A stretch of 64,000 bases of DNA from an uncultured Candidatus Saccharibacteria bacterium. Its GTDB lineage: Bacteria > Patescibacteriota > Minisyncoccia > Phycocordibacterales > DATDWN01. The stretch lies in the NCBI GenBank assembly GCA_964576615.1, contig CAZNUU010000001.1, positions 95,309-159,308 of the forward strand. The letters run 5' to 3'. The first letter of the stretch is position 1, and each line of letters begins with the position of its first letter. This document shows positions 1-9,283 of the stretch, piece by piece. Both the position numbers and the translations under genes were made by a program. The notes under the pieces were generated by a model. That model did no database searches and was not told where the DNA came from. It saw only the letters and a program-made list of their open reading frames with translations.

Positions 1-28
1 GTCATGATAAAATTTACTTGGAGGTGAA

Positions 29-376
29 ATGATGATTTACGCCATGCGACCGCGCGGAAACGAGCAAGTCTGCACGAGGATTGAGTTCCGAGGGTTCGAG
101 ATCAGCATCGCGATGGATGCGTTCCACGCGGGATCTCCTGCCCTGATGCGACGAACGCTTGCGGTTTATTACAACGACCGCGACGTCACCGCGAACTTCT
201 ACCCGTCGGAAGGTGTGAGGATGACCCTCGACGGAGTGGTCGACTGCACCGGCGACGACCTCTTCGACATCATGAAGCAAATCGTCGAAGCGACGCCGAA
301 CTTCAAGTCCCCACACCCCAAGAAGAATACCGACTGCGATGTCTGCCACGGTCCCTGCATCGGCGCCGACGCATAG
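29..376 (+). CDS. Hypothetical protein (GC-rich cassette gene)
   Basis: ORF in a GC-rich segment. GGAGGTG SD at 20-26 lies just upstream of ATG 29/32. The opposite-strand ORF 14..409 is probably a high-GC artefact. No recognisable motif. Confidence 0.45.
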   Translation: MMIYAMRPRGNEQVCTRIEFRGFEISIAMDAFHAGSPALMRRTLAVYYNDRDVTANFYPSEGVRMTLDGVVDCTGDDLFDIMKQIVEATPNFKSPHPKKNTDCDVCHGPCIGADA

Positions 377-470
377 ACCAACACAGATCCCTGCCCCCAA
401 GGCCGTCACAACCTGACGGCCTCTTCTTATTTATAAAATTTTAATGGCTCGTCGTTTGCACGATGAGCCA

Positions 471-1070
471 TTAGTTTTTCCACCACAGTCGGAGCATGAG
501 CACCATGACACCGAATGTGAGAACGAAGGAGCGACCAGCATACGTTGCGGCCAGCCAATTTCGTTGCCGAAGCGGAATACTCCAGGCAATCCCAGTTACC
601 ACACCCATCAGTCCCCAGAGTACAAATGACTCTGAGTTCTGAGTTGCTGTCCAGAGATGATAAAGAGTGGGTACGTAACCGAGACCCATCACAACATTAA
701 TCGCGATGTTTGTCCGAAATGCTTTCTTGCTCGTGTAATAGTAGACTAGTGTCCCTAAAACGGAGAGCAAACAAAACTTTTGGACAAAGTTTTGGGCAAA
801 TGGACTACGAGCCCAAAGCAGTGCAAGCGACACCAAAGACGTCTGAACTACACTACCAATGTTCGACATGTTAGCTAGAAAATCTGGCTTACGCCCTTCT
901 TTCTCCTCATGTCGAATATAGGTAAATAGACTGGCTGACGAACCAATAAAAAAGGTCAGCCACGTTGCCAGAACCGGTGCACTTAGCCCCACAACAATCT
1001 GGTAGACATACCAGGAAGTTGTGAGACAGAGCGCAGCACTGTAGACGAAAGCGAAGCGTTGTTTACTCAT
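471..1070 (-). CDS. Polytopic membrane protein, hypothetical
   Basis: Multiple hydrophobic helices. GAGGAGG SD sits 5 nt upstream of ATG at 1070 (the ORF track extends to a GTG at 1073). Confidence 0.55.
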   Translation of the reverse strand: MSKQRFAFVYSAALCLTTSWYVYQIVVGLSAPVLATWLTFFIGSSASLFTYIRHEEKEGRKPDFLANMSNIGSVVQTSLVSLALLWARSPFAQNFVQKFCLLSVLGTLVYYYTSKKAFRTNIAINVVMGLGYVPTLYHLWTATQNSESFVLWGLMGVVTGIAWSIPLRQRNWLAATYAGRSFVLTFGVMVLMLRLWWKN

Positions 1071-1132
1071 CACAACCTCCTCTATTTTTCAGATTACACT
1101 AAATCGTTTAAAGATCAATATTTACTTAACGA

Positions 1133-1166
1133 AAATGCGCGCACCGTTCGAAAACAGTGCGCGCTT
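1133..1166 (-). terminator. Intrinsic terminator downstream of the TrxR-like gene
   Basis: GCGCGCAC-loop-GTGCGCGC stem, followed on the minus strand by ATTTTCGTT. Confidence 0.5.
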
Positions 1167-1171
1167 GAACA

Positions 1172-2155
1172 TTACTTGGAGTTCATCATCTTGAGATAGC
1201 TGAGGATGTTCTGCACAGCTATCGTCCCCTCCGCCGAGGCCGAGGCGAGACGTTTGATGGAACTGTGCCTCACATCCCCCGCCGCGAAAACACCGGGAAT
1301 TGAGGTCTCAAGAAAGAGCGGAGAGCGACTCGCAAGATTCCACCAGCCTGTGGGAATATCGTTCCCAGTGCAGACAAACCCCTTCTCGTCGCGGGAAAGT
1401 ATCCCGGCCATCCACTCGGTGTTGGTCACCTCTCCGATACAGATGAAGAGGTGCTGGCAGATGATCTGGCTCTCGCCTTCCGGCTTCAAGACCAGAATTT
1501 TCTCGAGCTTGCCATTGCCGACTGCCTCTCGAATCTGACAGTTGTAGTGGATCCGGATCTTGGACTTCTTGATCCGGTCGATGAGATAGGCGGACATGCT
1601 GGCAGAGAGATCCGACTTCTTGATCAGCATGTGAACATCACACCCCGGCTGCTTGGAGAGGTGAAGTACTGCTTGTCCGGCGGAATTCGCTCCGCCGATG
1701 ACCACAGCTGCACCCTCAAACGGGTGAGTAAGCGGTGGTGAGCCGTATTTCACTCCCTTGCCCAGAAGATGGGCAATCCCAGGAACGTCGTCCAGACGAC
1801 GATGAGTCGCGCCGAGCGCCAGGATGACCGTCTTGGACGGAATGACAGTGCCGTCATCCGCAGTAACGAGTACCCTGCCGTCCGACTGCTTGAGGCTCAC
1901 GATATTGCACGGCCCCAAGAACTCCGTCCCGAACTTCAGCGCCTGGGCGATCCCGCGAGAAGCGAGCTCGGCACCTGTGAGACCTTCGGGAAACCCGAAG
2001 TAGTTCTCGATCGCTGAGCTCTCGCTCGCCTGACCTCCACAGCCATCCTTCTCTCTTTCGATGAGAAGGGTCTTCAAACCCTCCGACTCTGCAGTAATGG
2101 CCGCGCCAAGTCCGGCCGGACCACGACCCACAATCACAACGTCATAGTTGTCCAT
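1172..2155 (-). CDS. Thioredoxin-reductase-family FAD/NAD(P)-binding flavoprotein lacking the CxxC redox centre (possible ferredoxin-NADP reductase type)
   Basis: N-terminal VVIVGRGPAGLGAA FAD motif, a GGQ...IENYFGFPEG segment and a second VVIGGANSAG dinucleotide motif. Where TrxB has CATCDG this protein has GSPPLTHP. GC-rich, with GGAGG SD and a TTGACT-17-TAATCT promoter upstream. Confidence 0.8.
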   Translation of the reverse strand: MDNYDVVIVGRGPAGLGAAITAESEGLKTLLIEREKDGCGGQASESSAIENYFGFPEGLTGAELASRGIAQALKFGTEFLGPCNIVSLKQSDGRVLVTADDGTVIPSKTVILALGATHRRLDDVPGIAHLLGKGVKYGSPPLTHPFEGAAVVIGGANSAGQAVLHLSKQPGCDVHMLIKKSDLSASMSAYLIDRIKKSKIRIHYNCQIREAVGNGKLEKILVLKPEGESQIICQHLFICIGEVTNTEWMAGILSRDEKGFVCTGNDIPTGWWNLASRSPLFLETSIPGVFAAGDVRHSSIKRLASASAEGTIAVQNILSYLKMMNSK

Positions 2156-2250
2156 GACAACCTCCGCGAATGAGATTACAATAGATTTATTGTAAAGTCA
2201 ATATCAAATAAATTTTAACTTTATGAAACAAAAAATGCTAGTATTTTTGT

Positions 2251-3834
2251 ATGTCTGAAGAAAATTTACCAAAGACTATATCTGGTGCTACGCCAGAAAT
2301 TCCATTTCAGATGTATGAAGTTTCTGGTCAAGACACGATTAGCCAACATGCTTTCGAGAGATATATAAAAGACAGAGACCAGGATGAGAGTATTTCAAAA
2401 AGTGCGGAAACACGAGAAGAAAAAAATTTACTTAAAAAAATAGACGCAGTCAATTATGCAAATAATTTTGGCCTTATTTCAGAGAACTTAGATAATCCGG
2501 ACCCTATTATGCAAGAAAGGGCAGCTGAGCTTATAGCTTTTATTCCCTCGGATAAACGACTTGAGCTTATAATGCGTTTCCTTGAAAAAGGTCCGAATGT
2601 ACAGGTTGCGGCACTTGAAGGTCTTCAACATTTAAGCCCAGAAGTGTGGGAAAATATTTTACCAGTGATCAAGGATAGAATTGATCTTGGACTAAATAGT
2701 AATGAGGAAGAAAAAGTGATAATGGCAATAAAAATGATTCACTATATATACAGTAGCGATGATACATCAAAATTTATAATGCGGGTTCTGACAGATAAAA
2801 TTGAGTACTGGGAATTATTAAGAAGTTCACTTTTTGATGCAAACGAGGAAGTAAAAAATTTTATCGACGAACTAGTGTTGAAAAAACTGAATTCAAAAGA
2901 CAATTCAGATAAAAAAATGGTAGTGGGTTTACTTCAGTTTGGACATGCCGAGAAAATACTTGAAACTATAATGAAAGTCACATTAGATGATGATGAATTT
3001 GCTTTTAAAATGTCCACTATAATATTTTCAGCTCCAGAAAAGGATCAGCTTAAATTTATTAGGACCATATTAGATAGGGACATTCGCTATCACGAACTGG
3101 CCGCGGAACTCATTAGTTACATGCTTGTAAATGCTCCGGTGGAAGAGGATGAACCTGAATTTAATGCAGTTTTAGATGAGACTATGAAAAAAGCCAAGGA
3201 AGATCTACTAGATGAGAACGTAGAAGTTCGACGAACTGGGGCTAGGATAGCAGTCTTACTTGATCCCAGTAATGACAATGAATTGACGAGCTTGGCAATT
3301 GAGAGAGGAGTCAGCGATGAGCTAGTTAAAGCACCTATTTATGCTAACACTGGGGTTAATAAACAGAAATTCTTTCGGGCTGATTTTTTCAAAACTGGAT
3401 CAGAGACAACTTTATTAGGGGGAGAACTAAAAGATAAAACTATTGTAAGACATATTGAACCAGGGGCATTCCTCACCTGGCAGAAGTTATTTGAGAATTA
3501 TAAATTGTGGCAGGACAATGGTTTCGATTATGTCCCGATCGAGCCGATTCACTCATATAGACTTGATAATAATGGTCTGGTAGATGTTTTTTGTGGAGTG
3601 CTTGATCTTAATCTAGAAGACTGGATGGAAAGAAGCAAGGCACATAATAAAGAATTGACAGAGCAGATGGAAAGAATAACAGGGGTATTAGAAAAGTCTG
3701 GCATAGAGCATGGCCACCCCCATGAGAAGAATTTTTGTTTGCGCTTTTGGCGAGATTCAAGCGGACAAGTAGATTTTAATAGAATCCCCAGACTTTATTT
3801 GATTGATTTTGATATGGCTGCATCACTACCTTAA
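2251..3834 (+). CDS. Hypothetical protein: helical-repeat N-terminus plus C-terminal atypical kinase-like motifs
   Basis: AT-rich native-style gene. The C-terminus has HGHPHEKNF, resembling the HGDxHxxN catalytic loop of APH/CotS/RIO kinases with Asp replaced by His. It is followed by LYLIDFDMA, a DFG/IDFD-like motif. Confidence 0.6.
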   Translation: MSEENLPKTISGATPEIPFQMYEVSGQDTISQHAFERYIKDRDQDESISKSAETREEKNLLKKIDAVNYANNFGLISENLDNPDPIMQERAAELIAFIPSDKRLELIMRFLEKGPNVQVAALEGLQHLSPEVWENILPVIKDRIDLGLNSNEEEKVIMAIKMIHYIYSSDDTSKFIMRVLTDKIEYWELLRSSLFDANEEVKNFIDELVLKKLNSKDNSDKKMVVGLLQFGHAEKILETIMKVTLDDDEFAFKMSTIIFSAPEKDQLKFIRTILDRDIRYHELAAELISYMLVNAPVEEDEPEFNAVLDETMKKAKEDLLDENVEVRRTGARIAVLLDPSNDNELTSLAIERGVSDELVKAPIYANTGVNKQKFFRADFFKTGSETTLLGGELKDKTIVRHIEPGAFLTWQKLFENYKLWQDNGFDYVPIEPIHSYRLDNNGLVDVFCGVLDLNLEDWMERSKAHNKELTEQMERITGVLEKSGIEHGHPHEKNFCLRFWRDSSGQVDFNRIPRLYLIDFDMAASLP

Positions 3835-4476
3835 ATCAAACATCCACCACTCTTCACTTTGATGAGGAATCATGTGAGAATGAACTATTCTATAGTCATA
3901 CTCTTTAACCATACTATGAAATTTTTCAATCGAACCACCGATGTTGACCCAACATGCGTAAATAGTTCCTTCTTTATTTAAATAATTTTTGGCAACTTGC
4001 AAAAAACGACGAAAAGTATTGAACCCGGGATCATAGATTGCTTTTTCGCGCAGCTCATTTACAGGAGCATCAATAGAGGGTAAATAAGCAACGATTGAAT
4101 CAAACTTTTCGAAAATATTTTGAAATAGATCCGATTCAATTACTTTAGATTTTGTGACACTATATTTTTTAAAATTTTCGTTTGTGTTCCCACATGCCCA
4201 AGGGTTAATGTCGACTGCCACCACTTCTCTTTCACCAGCCTGGTGAGCAATAATGCCTTGAATTCCTGTTCCCGACCCCATGTCCAAAACTTTCTTATCT
4301 CTGTACATTAAAATATTTTTTGGAGAGACACCTTCTATTTTTGAAATCTGCCTAGGCACAAACACATTTGGAAAAACAACGAGTCTAAATCCACGATAAA
4401 TTATTTCTTGCTCTTTATCGTAGAAGTGCTTGTGCACTTGTGCACCTTTGGCTGATCGTGTTCTTACCTGCGTCAT
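3826..4476 (-). CDS. Class I SAM-dependent methyltransferase (small-domain MTase)
   Basis: VLDMGSGTGIQGI motif I, VVAVDINP post-I and FDSIVAYLPS motif IV-like segment. Confidence 0.75.
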   Translation of the reverse strand: MTQVRTRSAKGAQVHKHFYDKEQEIIYRGFRLVVFPNVFVPRQISKIEGVSPKNILMYRDKKVLDMGSGTGIQGIIAHQAGEREVVAVDINPWACGNTNENFKKYSVTKSKVIESDLFQNIFEKFDSIVAYLPSIDAPVNELREKAIYDPGFNTFRRFLQVAKNYLNKEGTIYACWVNIGGSIEKFHSMVKEYDYRIVHSHMIPHQSEEWWMFDLR

Positions 4477-4532
4477 CCAACTAATATTACCTATGACTGA
4501 AAAAAGTCAAACATTATTCACGTATCTAACAA

Positions 4533-4561
4533 TTGACATACTTATAAAAATAGGTTAGTAT
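4533..4561 (+). promoter_or_regulatory. Sigma70-like promoter for the 4583 cassette gene
   Basis: TTGACA (4533-4538), a 17-nt spacer, then TAGTAT (4556-4561). GGAGG SD at 4574-4578. Confidence 0.4.
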
Positions 4562-4582
4562 CTTCAACAGATTGGAGGCAAG

Positions 4583-4882
4583 ATGAATCTGAACGGCAGA
4601 AGTTACAAGGCCGGGAAGGTGACTTTCAAGGTCCTCGAGGGTGAGGACTACCCGGCAAAGAAGGTGAGCGATCGATACGCCAAGATCCTCAACATCAAGG
4701 CGGGGTGTCTGGTTGGGGTGAAGTTCCATTCGACAGTAATTACGAACATCACCTACGACAAGGGTGTTGTACGCCTCAATAAGATCGAGGTGGACGGCAA
4801 GGTGATCGACAAGGCGGGCAAGATTTCCGAAGCTCTCGGCGTCGATGCACCCCTCATCCCCTACGACCTCTCGGAGCTCTAG
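4583..4882 (+). CDS. Hypothetical protein (GC-rich cassette gene)
   Basis: GC-rich ORF with consensus promoter, GGAGG SD and a hairpin spanning its stop codon. No known motif. Confidence 0.5.
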   Translation: MNLNGRSYKAGKVTFKVLEGEDYPAKKVSDRYAKILNIKAGCLVGVKFHSTVITNITYDKGVVRLNKIEVDGKVIDKAGKISEALGVDAPLIPYDLSEL

Positions 4883-4898
4883 TGAGCTCCACTGCCCG

Positions 4899-4932
4899 AG
4901 GCTGACCGGTATACCCGGCCAGCCTTTTTTAT
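4899..4932. terminator. Bidirectional intrinsic terminator between convergent genes
   Basis: GGAGCTC-TAGT-GAGCTCC hairpin at the stop, then a GGCTGACCGG...CCGGCCAGCC hairpin followed by a T-run (4925-4931). Confidence 0.5.
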
Positions 4933-7900
4933 TTAATGATCACGCCACCTTGATTTCTTTTCATACGCCTAAATAGTTTGTAGCTTTTCTTGGGCCTGTA
5001 CCTTACAAAGAGATTATCGATTACCTCATCATCTGGTATTGCCTCAATGCTGCCATGTTCCTTCTTCATCCCCTCCCCCTTGGCAATAATCTCTTGCTCC
5101 TCAACATATGTCTTTTGATCTTCCTCGTTAAAATCGATATGAAACTGCTTACCGCCTAGTGAAAAATCAGTAATTAGTCTTCTAGAATCTTTTAACCCTG
5201 CACCTTTTTTCGATTTCTTCGCTCGTCTTTTAATTTTCTCGCCTTTCTCGTTTACCTCGATAAGCTTAAAACTATTAGGCTCTCCTTTGGACATGTGGCC
5301 AACAAAGTCCTCGACAGAAAAATTATCATCAATATTTTCAACTTTCTCCAAAGTAATGAATTTAGACTGATAGGATTTCCCGACAACAATCTTCCCGGTA
5401 TAGTCCTCGACCACCTTAAAACCAAGCACTCTTATGTTTTGCTTAAAACCTTCCCAATCGCTAAAGTCATCTGTGTGAACAAGATCAATAATAGCTCTCC
5501 CCCCAACTTTCAAAACTCTGGACATCTCCTTCAGAACTTCCACCCGATCAATCCTACCTTTTGTCGGTTTGAAGTCAAAATAATGCAATGCGAATGTTAG
5601 ATTTAGATAATCAAATGAATTATTTTCGAACGGCAAACGAGTTAGCTGCCCTATGACCCTTTTCATACCTTCTTCTTTTTTAAAATGAGCTGGGTTAATA
5701 TCTGTGGCTGTAATTCTCCCAGCCAGTTCATCCCCACTATGCCTCTTTAACATCTCCGGTCCCGATGCTAGATCTAATATGCTTAAGCTATCAACGGGTT
5801 CGCCATTGTCTTCTATAAACTTTTTCAGAACAGTAGTAGCTATTCTGTTGGCATTCGACTGATAGTTACGTCTGCCTAATTCTTGGTAGGCATCCGCATA
5901 CTCTTCTCCTCTGGTCATCTCTTTACCTTGGATATCGAGATAACGCATGAATTCTTTTTCTCCAATCTCCCAAACTTCGCCGAATATTTGCATCAATTTT
6001 TCCCACTTGTTGAAATAATACCTTGCGAGTTCCGGATTAATTTCCTTATTCTCATCTTGATCTTCTGTCTTTTCAATTATTTCTCTCTCAAGTTCTGTCA
6101 AAGGAACTCCGCGGAGCAATTTTTCCACAGCTCTCTTTTTCATGGCGATAAATTGGTGAATCCCTTCTTCAATAGTACCCTTACCAATAAAAGTTTTGCT
6201 CTCGAGCTCATGCTTCAATCCGGGACGATAAACACGAGCTAGCTGTTGAGCTTTGATGTATTCAGTCCATGGCTCGTTATAAAAATAAACCATCTCCCCA
6301 CCTGAAAAATCAACTCCTTCGCTAGCTGTTTGACCTGAGACAACAACCAACATTTTTTCATCTGAACTATTCAACCTATCTTGAATTTCTTGTCTTGTCT
6401 TCTTTGAAGTATTCTTTTCACCCTCGATAATTTCAACATTTACATTCGGTGGTAAATTTATTTTTTCAATAATTGAACCGGGCCCTCGAATTATATTTTC
6501 AACATAATCATTAACGAACATAACAATTTTGTCGACCTTTTGAAAATCATCCTGTAATTCCTTCTCTACTCTCTTAGCTTTTGAGCAAATCACCCCTGGG
6601 GTCGGATCTACTATTTCGGGGTTCATTAGAAACTGGCGTAGTTTTTGGATTTTTTGTGTCGCGGTAAGCTCATCCTCTTCTTCCAAAATCGCCCCATACA
6701 CATCTCTCTCTAATTCAGTTAAATCTACATAAATTGGTTCATGTTCTATATGCTGGGGCATCTCAACACTCTCTCTCAAACTTTTCATCTGCATTCTAGG
6801 AACAAGCAGACTTCTCAGATCTATGAGATCACCGTTTATAATACTCCTGACCATCTCAGAGTTTTTCATTTCATTAAATTTCTCCGGATAAAGTAATCTT
6901 AGTATTAGAGCAACATCCTCGATCTTGTTTGGTACTGGAGTACCAGATAAAATAGCTAAGTATTTATCGTCCCCTTCAATTTTCTTAGCTAAAGAAAGCA
7001 GGAGCTGCGACCTTACCCCCTCATTTACATTTTTAAACTTGTGAACCTCGTCTACAATTAGCATACCTGGGTCAAGCTTCATGAGCTCAGTGGTATACTC
7101 CTCTGTCATTCTTTCGTGGGAGATAACTATATAATCATAAGTTGATGTATCCCGCTGTAGATCTTCTATACTTTCTACAACTAAAACGCTTGGATTCTCT
7201 CCAGGTTTAAAATAGGTGTGCAGATAACCTTTCTTTTTTTTATTATCCACCCAAGTTGAAACTACATTGCTAGGTACAACAACTAGAGCCTGTTTAATAC
7301 CGAGTGATTCTTTGGTTAAGATCGCAGACGCACTTTTGCCGAGACCCATTTCATCCGCGATTAGTATTTTCTTTTTATCTGAAAGCTCTCTTATATTTAT
7401 ACGCTGGTTTAGATCTGGAAAATCTCTCCCCTCTTTCAGTCCTAGAACTATTTTCTCTGGTTTTTCTATAGACAATAGTCCTGAGTAATACTTTTCAAGT
7501 TCAGTGATAACAAAATCGATATCTGTACTTCCTAGATTCGCTGACTTTTGTCTTACCCCCCCGATATATTCCTCAATGATTTCCTTGTCTTGCCTGTCTT
7601 TATTTTTTCTCTTTTCGAGGTGGTAATATTCCAGACAAGCTTCTTTCATTATCTCAAGAAGCCCTTCGCGTAACTTCGGATCTTTGACAAACTCAACTGC
7701 AATTGGTAAATCATCCACTCTGAAGCCATGCCTTACAACCAAAAAATCTCCGATGTAGTCCGCCATAAGACTTTTAACATATTCCTCTTTGACTGGAAGA
7801 CCTCGAAACTCTGGCCTAAATTTGTATAGAATATCTAGGACTTTGGATGGACCAAAGAGCCCGATAAGACTTCTAAACTGCTGGGCAGTTAAGCTATCGC

Positions 7901-9089
7901 CTTTTTCTACATCTTTTAACAGATCCTCTAAATCGGTTTCTAATTTTTTATTCTTATCTTCTTTATTTAGTTCATCTTTCCTTAGGCTTACTTGTTCTCT
8001 AATAAAATCAGCTAGGGGTTTATGTATAAAAAGAGTTACTGTATTATTCTTTTCCTTATTGTAATAGAGTTTTGCTTGTCCTGGAAAGTTTGCATCAGCT
8101 TCTGCAGCTATCCTTTTAATTACTTTCTTTTTTATGGATAGTTCATCAGCTAAATTGTCAATCGAAATAGAACCCTCGGGAGGAGCCTGCATTTCCTTTA
8201 TATCAATTTTAATTTTATCGATGAGTTCAGGTGAGAAATAAGTATGCACACCGTTTAAATCCCGGTGTTTCTTTTCTAAACTTTCGTCCTTTTCAGTATA
8301 TTTTTTGGCAGCCTTTGTTATGGTCGAATAAGATACAGCAAGTTCTTCAGCTAAATCAGGCACGGTTCTCCAACCTTCCGGTGGTGGGGGATATTGCCTA
8401 AAGTTCTCTAATATTTTTTCAACTAATTGATTGGAATAAAGCTCATCGCCCTGACCAATATCCTGCGATGTTCTCTCCAGAAACCAATCTGGGTGTGAAT
8501 GTTTATATGTCCTAGCAAATGAACGGATTGAGTTATCCGAGATTGTGATCCCTTCACTTGCTAATTCCTCTTTTATCTCTACAGCAGTTTTCCATTTCTG
8601 AAACTCCCGCACTTTTTCTTTTATTATCTCCTCTAAATCTGGATGAATATATTCATGAGTAGTTTTTCCTTTTATGTCTTTACGAGTTAAGATCCAGTCA
8701 GGATTGGATTTTCTGTATGGTTCGATTATCTTATTTATCCAGTTGTCACTAATACCAAGTCTATTGGCAATTTGATTTTTGGTATGCCATTTTTCCTCTA
8801 TTTCTTTTATTTTTTCTTTTTTTTCAATTTCACCCTTGAACCTATCATGGAGTACTTCTGCTAACTCAGGTGAGACGTATTCACTTTTTTTCCCATCCCT
8901 GGGTGTAAATTTTCTAAAATATTCTTCATGTTCAGATCTATACTCTTCGGCAAGTCTTGCTACTTTGGTAGGGCTAATTCCCCATTTTTTAGCTAATTCG
9001 ATCACGGTGTACCAATTTTCTGGAGGTGGTAAACCTTCCATATAATCCAGAACTGAAACATTTTGTGGAGTTGGAAATCCTTCTGTCAT
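4929..9089 (-). CDS. Multidomain protein: 4-5 repeated HTH-like modules, SNF2-family helicase, class I SAM methyltransferase and a basic C-terminal tail
   Basis: SNF2 motif I LIADEMGLGKS, motif II LIVDEVHKF, motif III LSGTPVPN and helicase-C QQLARVYRPG. MTase motifs ILDLASGPE, TATDINP and LPFENNSFDYLNL (Methyltransf_11-like). The N-terminal third carries repeats of roughly 60 aa of the form W-T-x3-LA-x2-LG-IS...HPDW. Confidence 0.85.
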   Translation of the reverse strand: MTEGFPTPQNVSVLDYMEGLPPPENWYTVIELAKKWGISPTKVARLAEEYRSEHEEYFRKFTPRDGKKSEYVSPELAEVLHDRFKGEIEKKEKIKEIEEKWHTKNQIANRLGISDNWINKIIEPYRKSNPDWILTRKDIKGKTTHEYIHPDLEEIIKEKVREFQKWKTAVEIKEELASEGITISDNSIRSFARTYKHSHPDWFLERTSQDIGQGDELYSNQLVEKILENFRQYPPPPEGWRTVPDLAEELAVSYSTITKAAKKYTEKDESLEKKHRDLNGVHTYFSPELIDKIKIDIKEMQAPPEGSISIDNLADELSIKKKVIKRIAAEADANFPGQAKLYYNKEKNNTVTLFIHKPLADFIREQVSLRKDELNKEDKNKKLETDLEDLLKDVEKGDSLTAQQFRSLIGLFGPSKVLDILYKFRPEFRGLPVKEEYVKSLMADYIGDFLVVRHGFRVDDLPIAVEFVKDPKLREGLLEIMKEACLEYYHLEKRKNKDRQDKEIIEEYIGGVRQKSANLGSTDIDFVITELEKYYSGLLSIEKPEKIVLGLKEGRDFPDLNQRINIRELSDKKKILIADEMGLGKSASAILTKESLGIKQALVVVPSNVVSTWVDNKKKKGYLHTYFKPGENPSVLVVESIEDLQRDTSTYDYIVISHERMTEEYTTELMKLDPGMLIVDEVHKFKNVNEGVRSQLLLSLAKKIEGDDKYLAILSGTPVPNKIEDVALILRLLYPEKFNEMKNSEMVRSIINGDLIDLRSLLVPRMQMKSLRESVEMPQHIEHEPIYVDLTELERDVYGAILEEEDELTATQKIQKLRQFLMNPEIVDPTPGVICSKAKRVEKELQDDFQKVDKIVMFVNDYVENIIRGPGSIIEKINLPPNVNVEIIEGEKNTSKKTRQEIQDRLNSSDEKMLVVVSGQTASEGVDFSGGEMVYFYNEPWTEYIKAQQLARVYRPGLKHELESKTFIGKGTIEEGIHQFIAMKKRAVEKLLRGVPLTELEREIIEKTEDQDENKEINPELARYYFNKWEKLMQIFGEVWEIGEKEFMRYLDIQGKEMTRGEEYADAYQELGRRNYQSNANRIATTVLKKFIEDNGEPVDSLSILDLASGPEMLKRHSGDELAGRITATDINPAHFKKEEGMKRVIGQLTRLPFENNSFDYLNLTFALHYFDFKPTKGRIDRVEVLKEMSRVLKVGGRAIIDLVHTDDFSDWEGFKQNIRVLGFKVVEDYTGKIVVGKSYQSKFITLEKVENIDDNFSVEDFVGHMSKGEPNSFKLIEVNEKGEKIKRRAKKSKKGAGLKDSRRLITDFSLGGKQFHIDFNEEDQKTYVEEQEIIAKGEGMKKEHGSIEAIPDDEVIDNLFVRYRPKKSYKLFRRMKRNQGGVIIK

Positions 9090-9283
9090 AAAATTGATTT
9101 TAGCACATTTTTAGCATGTATTTGTTCGAAATGATTTACTGTCGAATTAATGTTGACAAAATCTGTAAAATATGCTAGTGTTGCCCCAGCACTGCATTCC
9201 TGCAGTCAACTCGGGCATAAGACGCCTTAGGCGCACTGCTCCCGGGTATCGTTCGTTAACATCACCCAACTAGGAGTGATCGT

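Noticed and set aside
14-409. Minus-strand 131-aa ORF overlapping the 29..376 plus-strand ORF
   Set aside because: High-GC DNA leaves both strands open. Only the plus-strand ORF has an SD (GGAGGTG) correctly spaced from an ATG.
5295-8064. Plus-strand ORFs (5295..5600, 5883..6242, 7267..7488, 7789..8064, 8779..9045) inside the SNF2-MTase gene
   Set aside because: These are antisense frames within a well-supported 1386-aa CDS. They are low-complexity and lack SDs.
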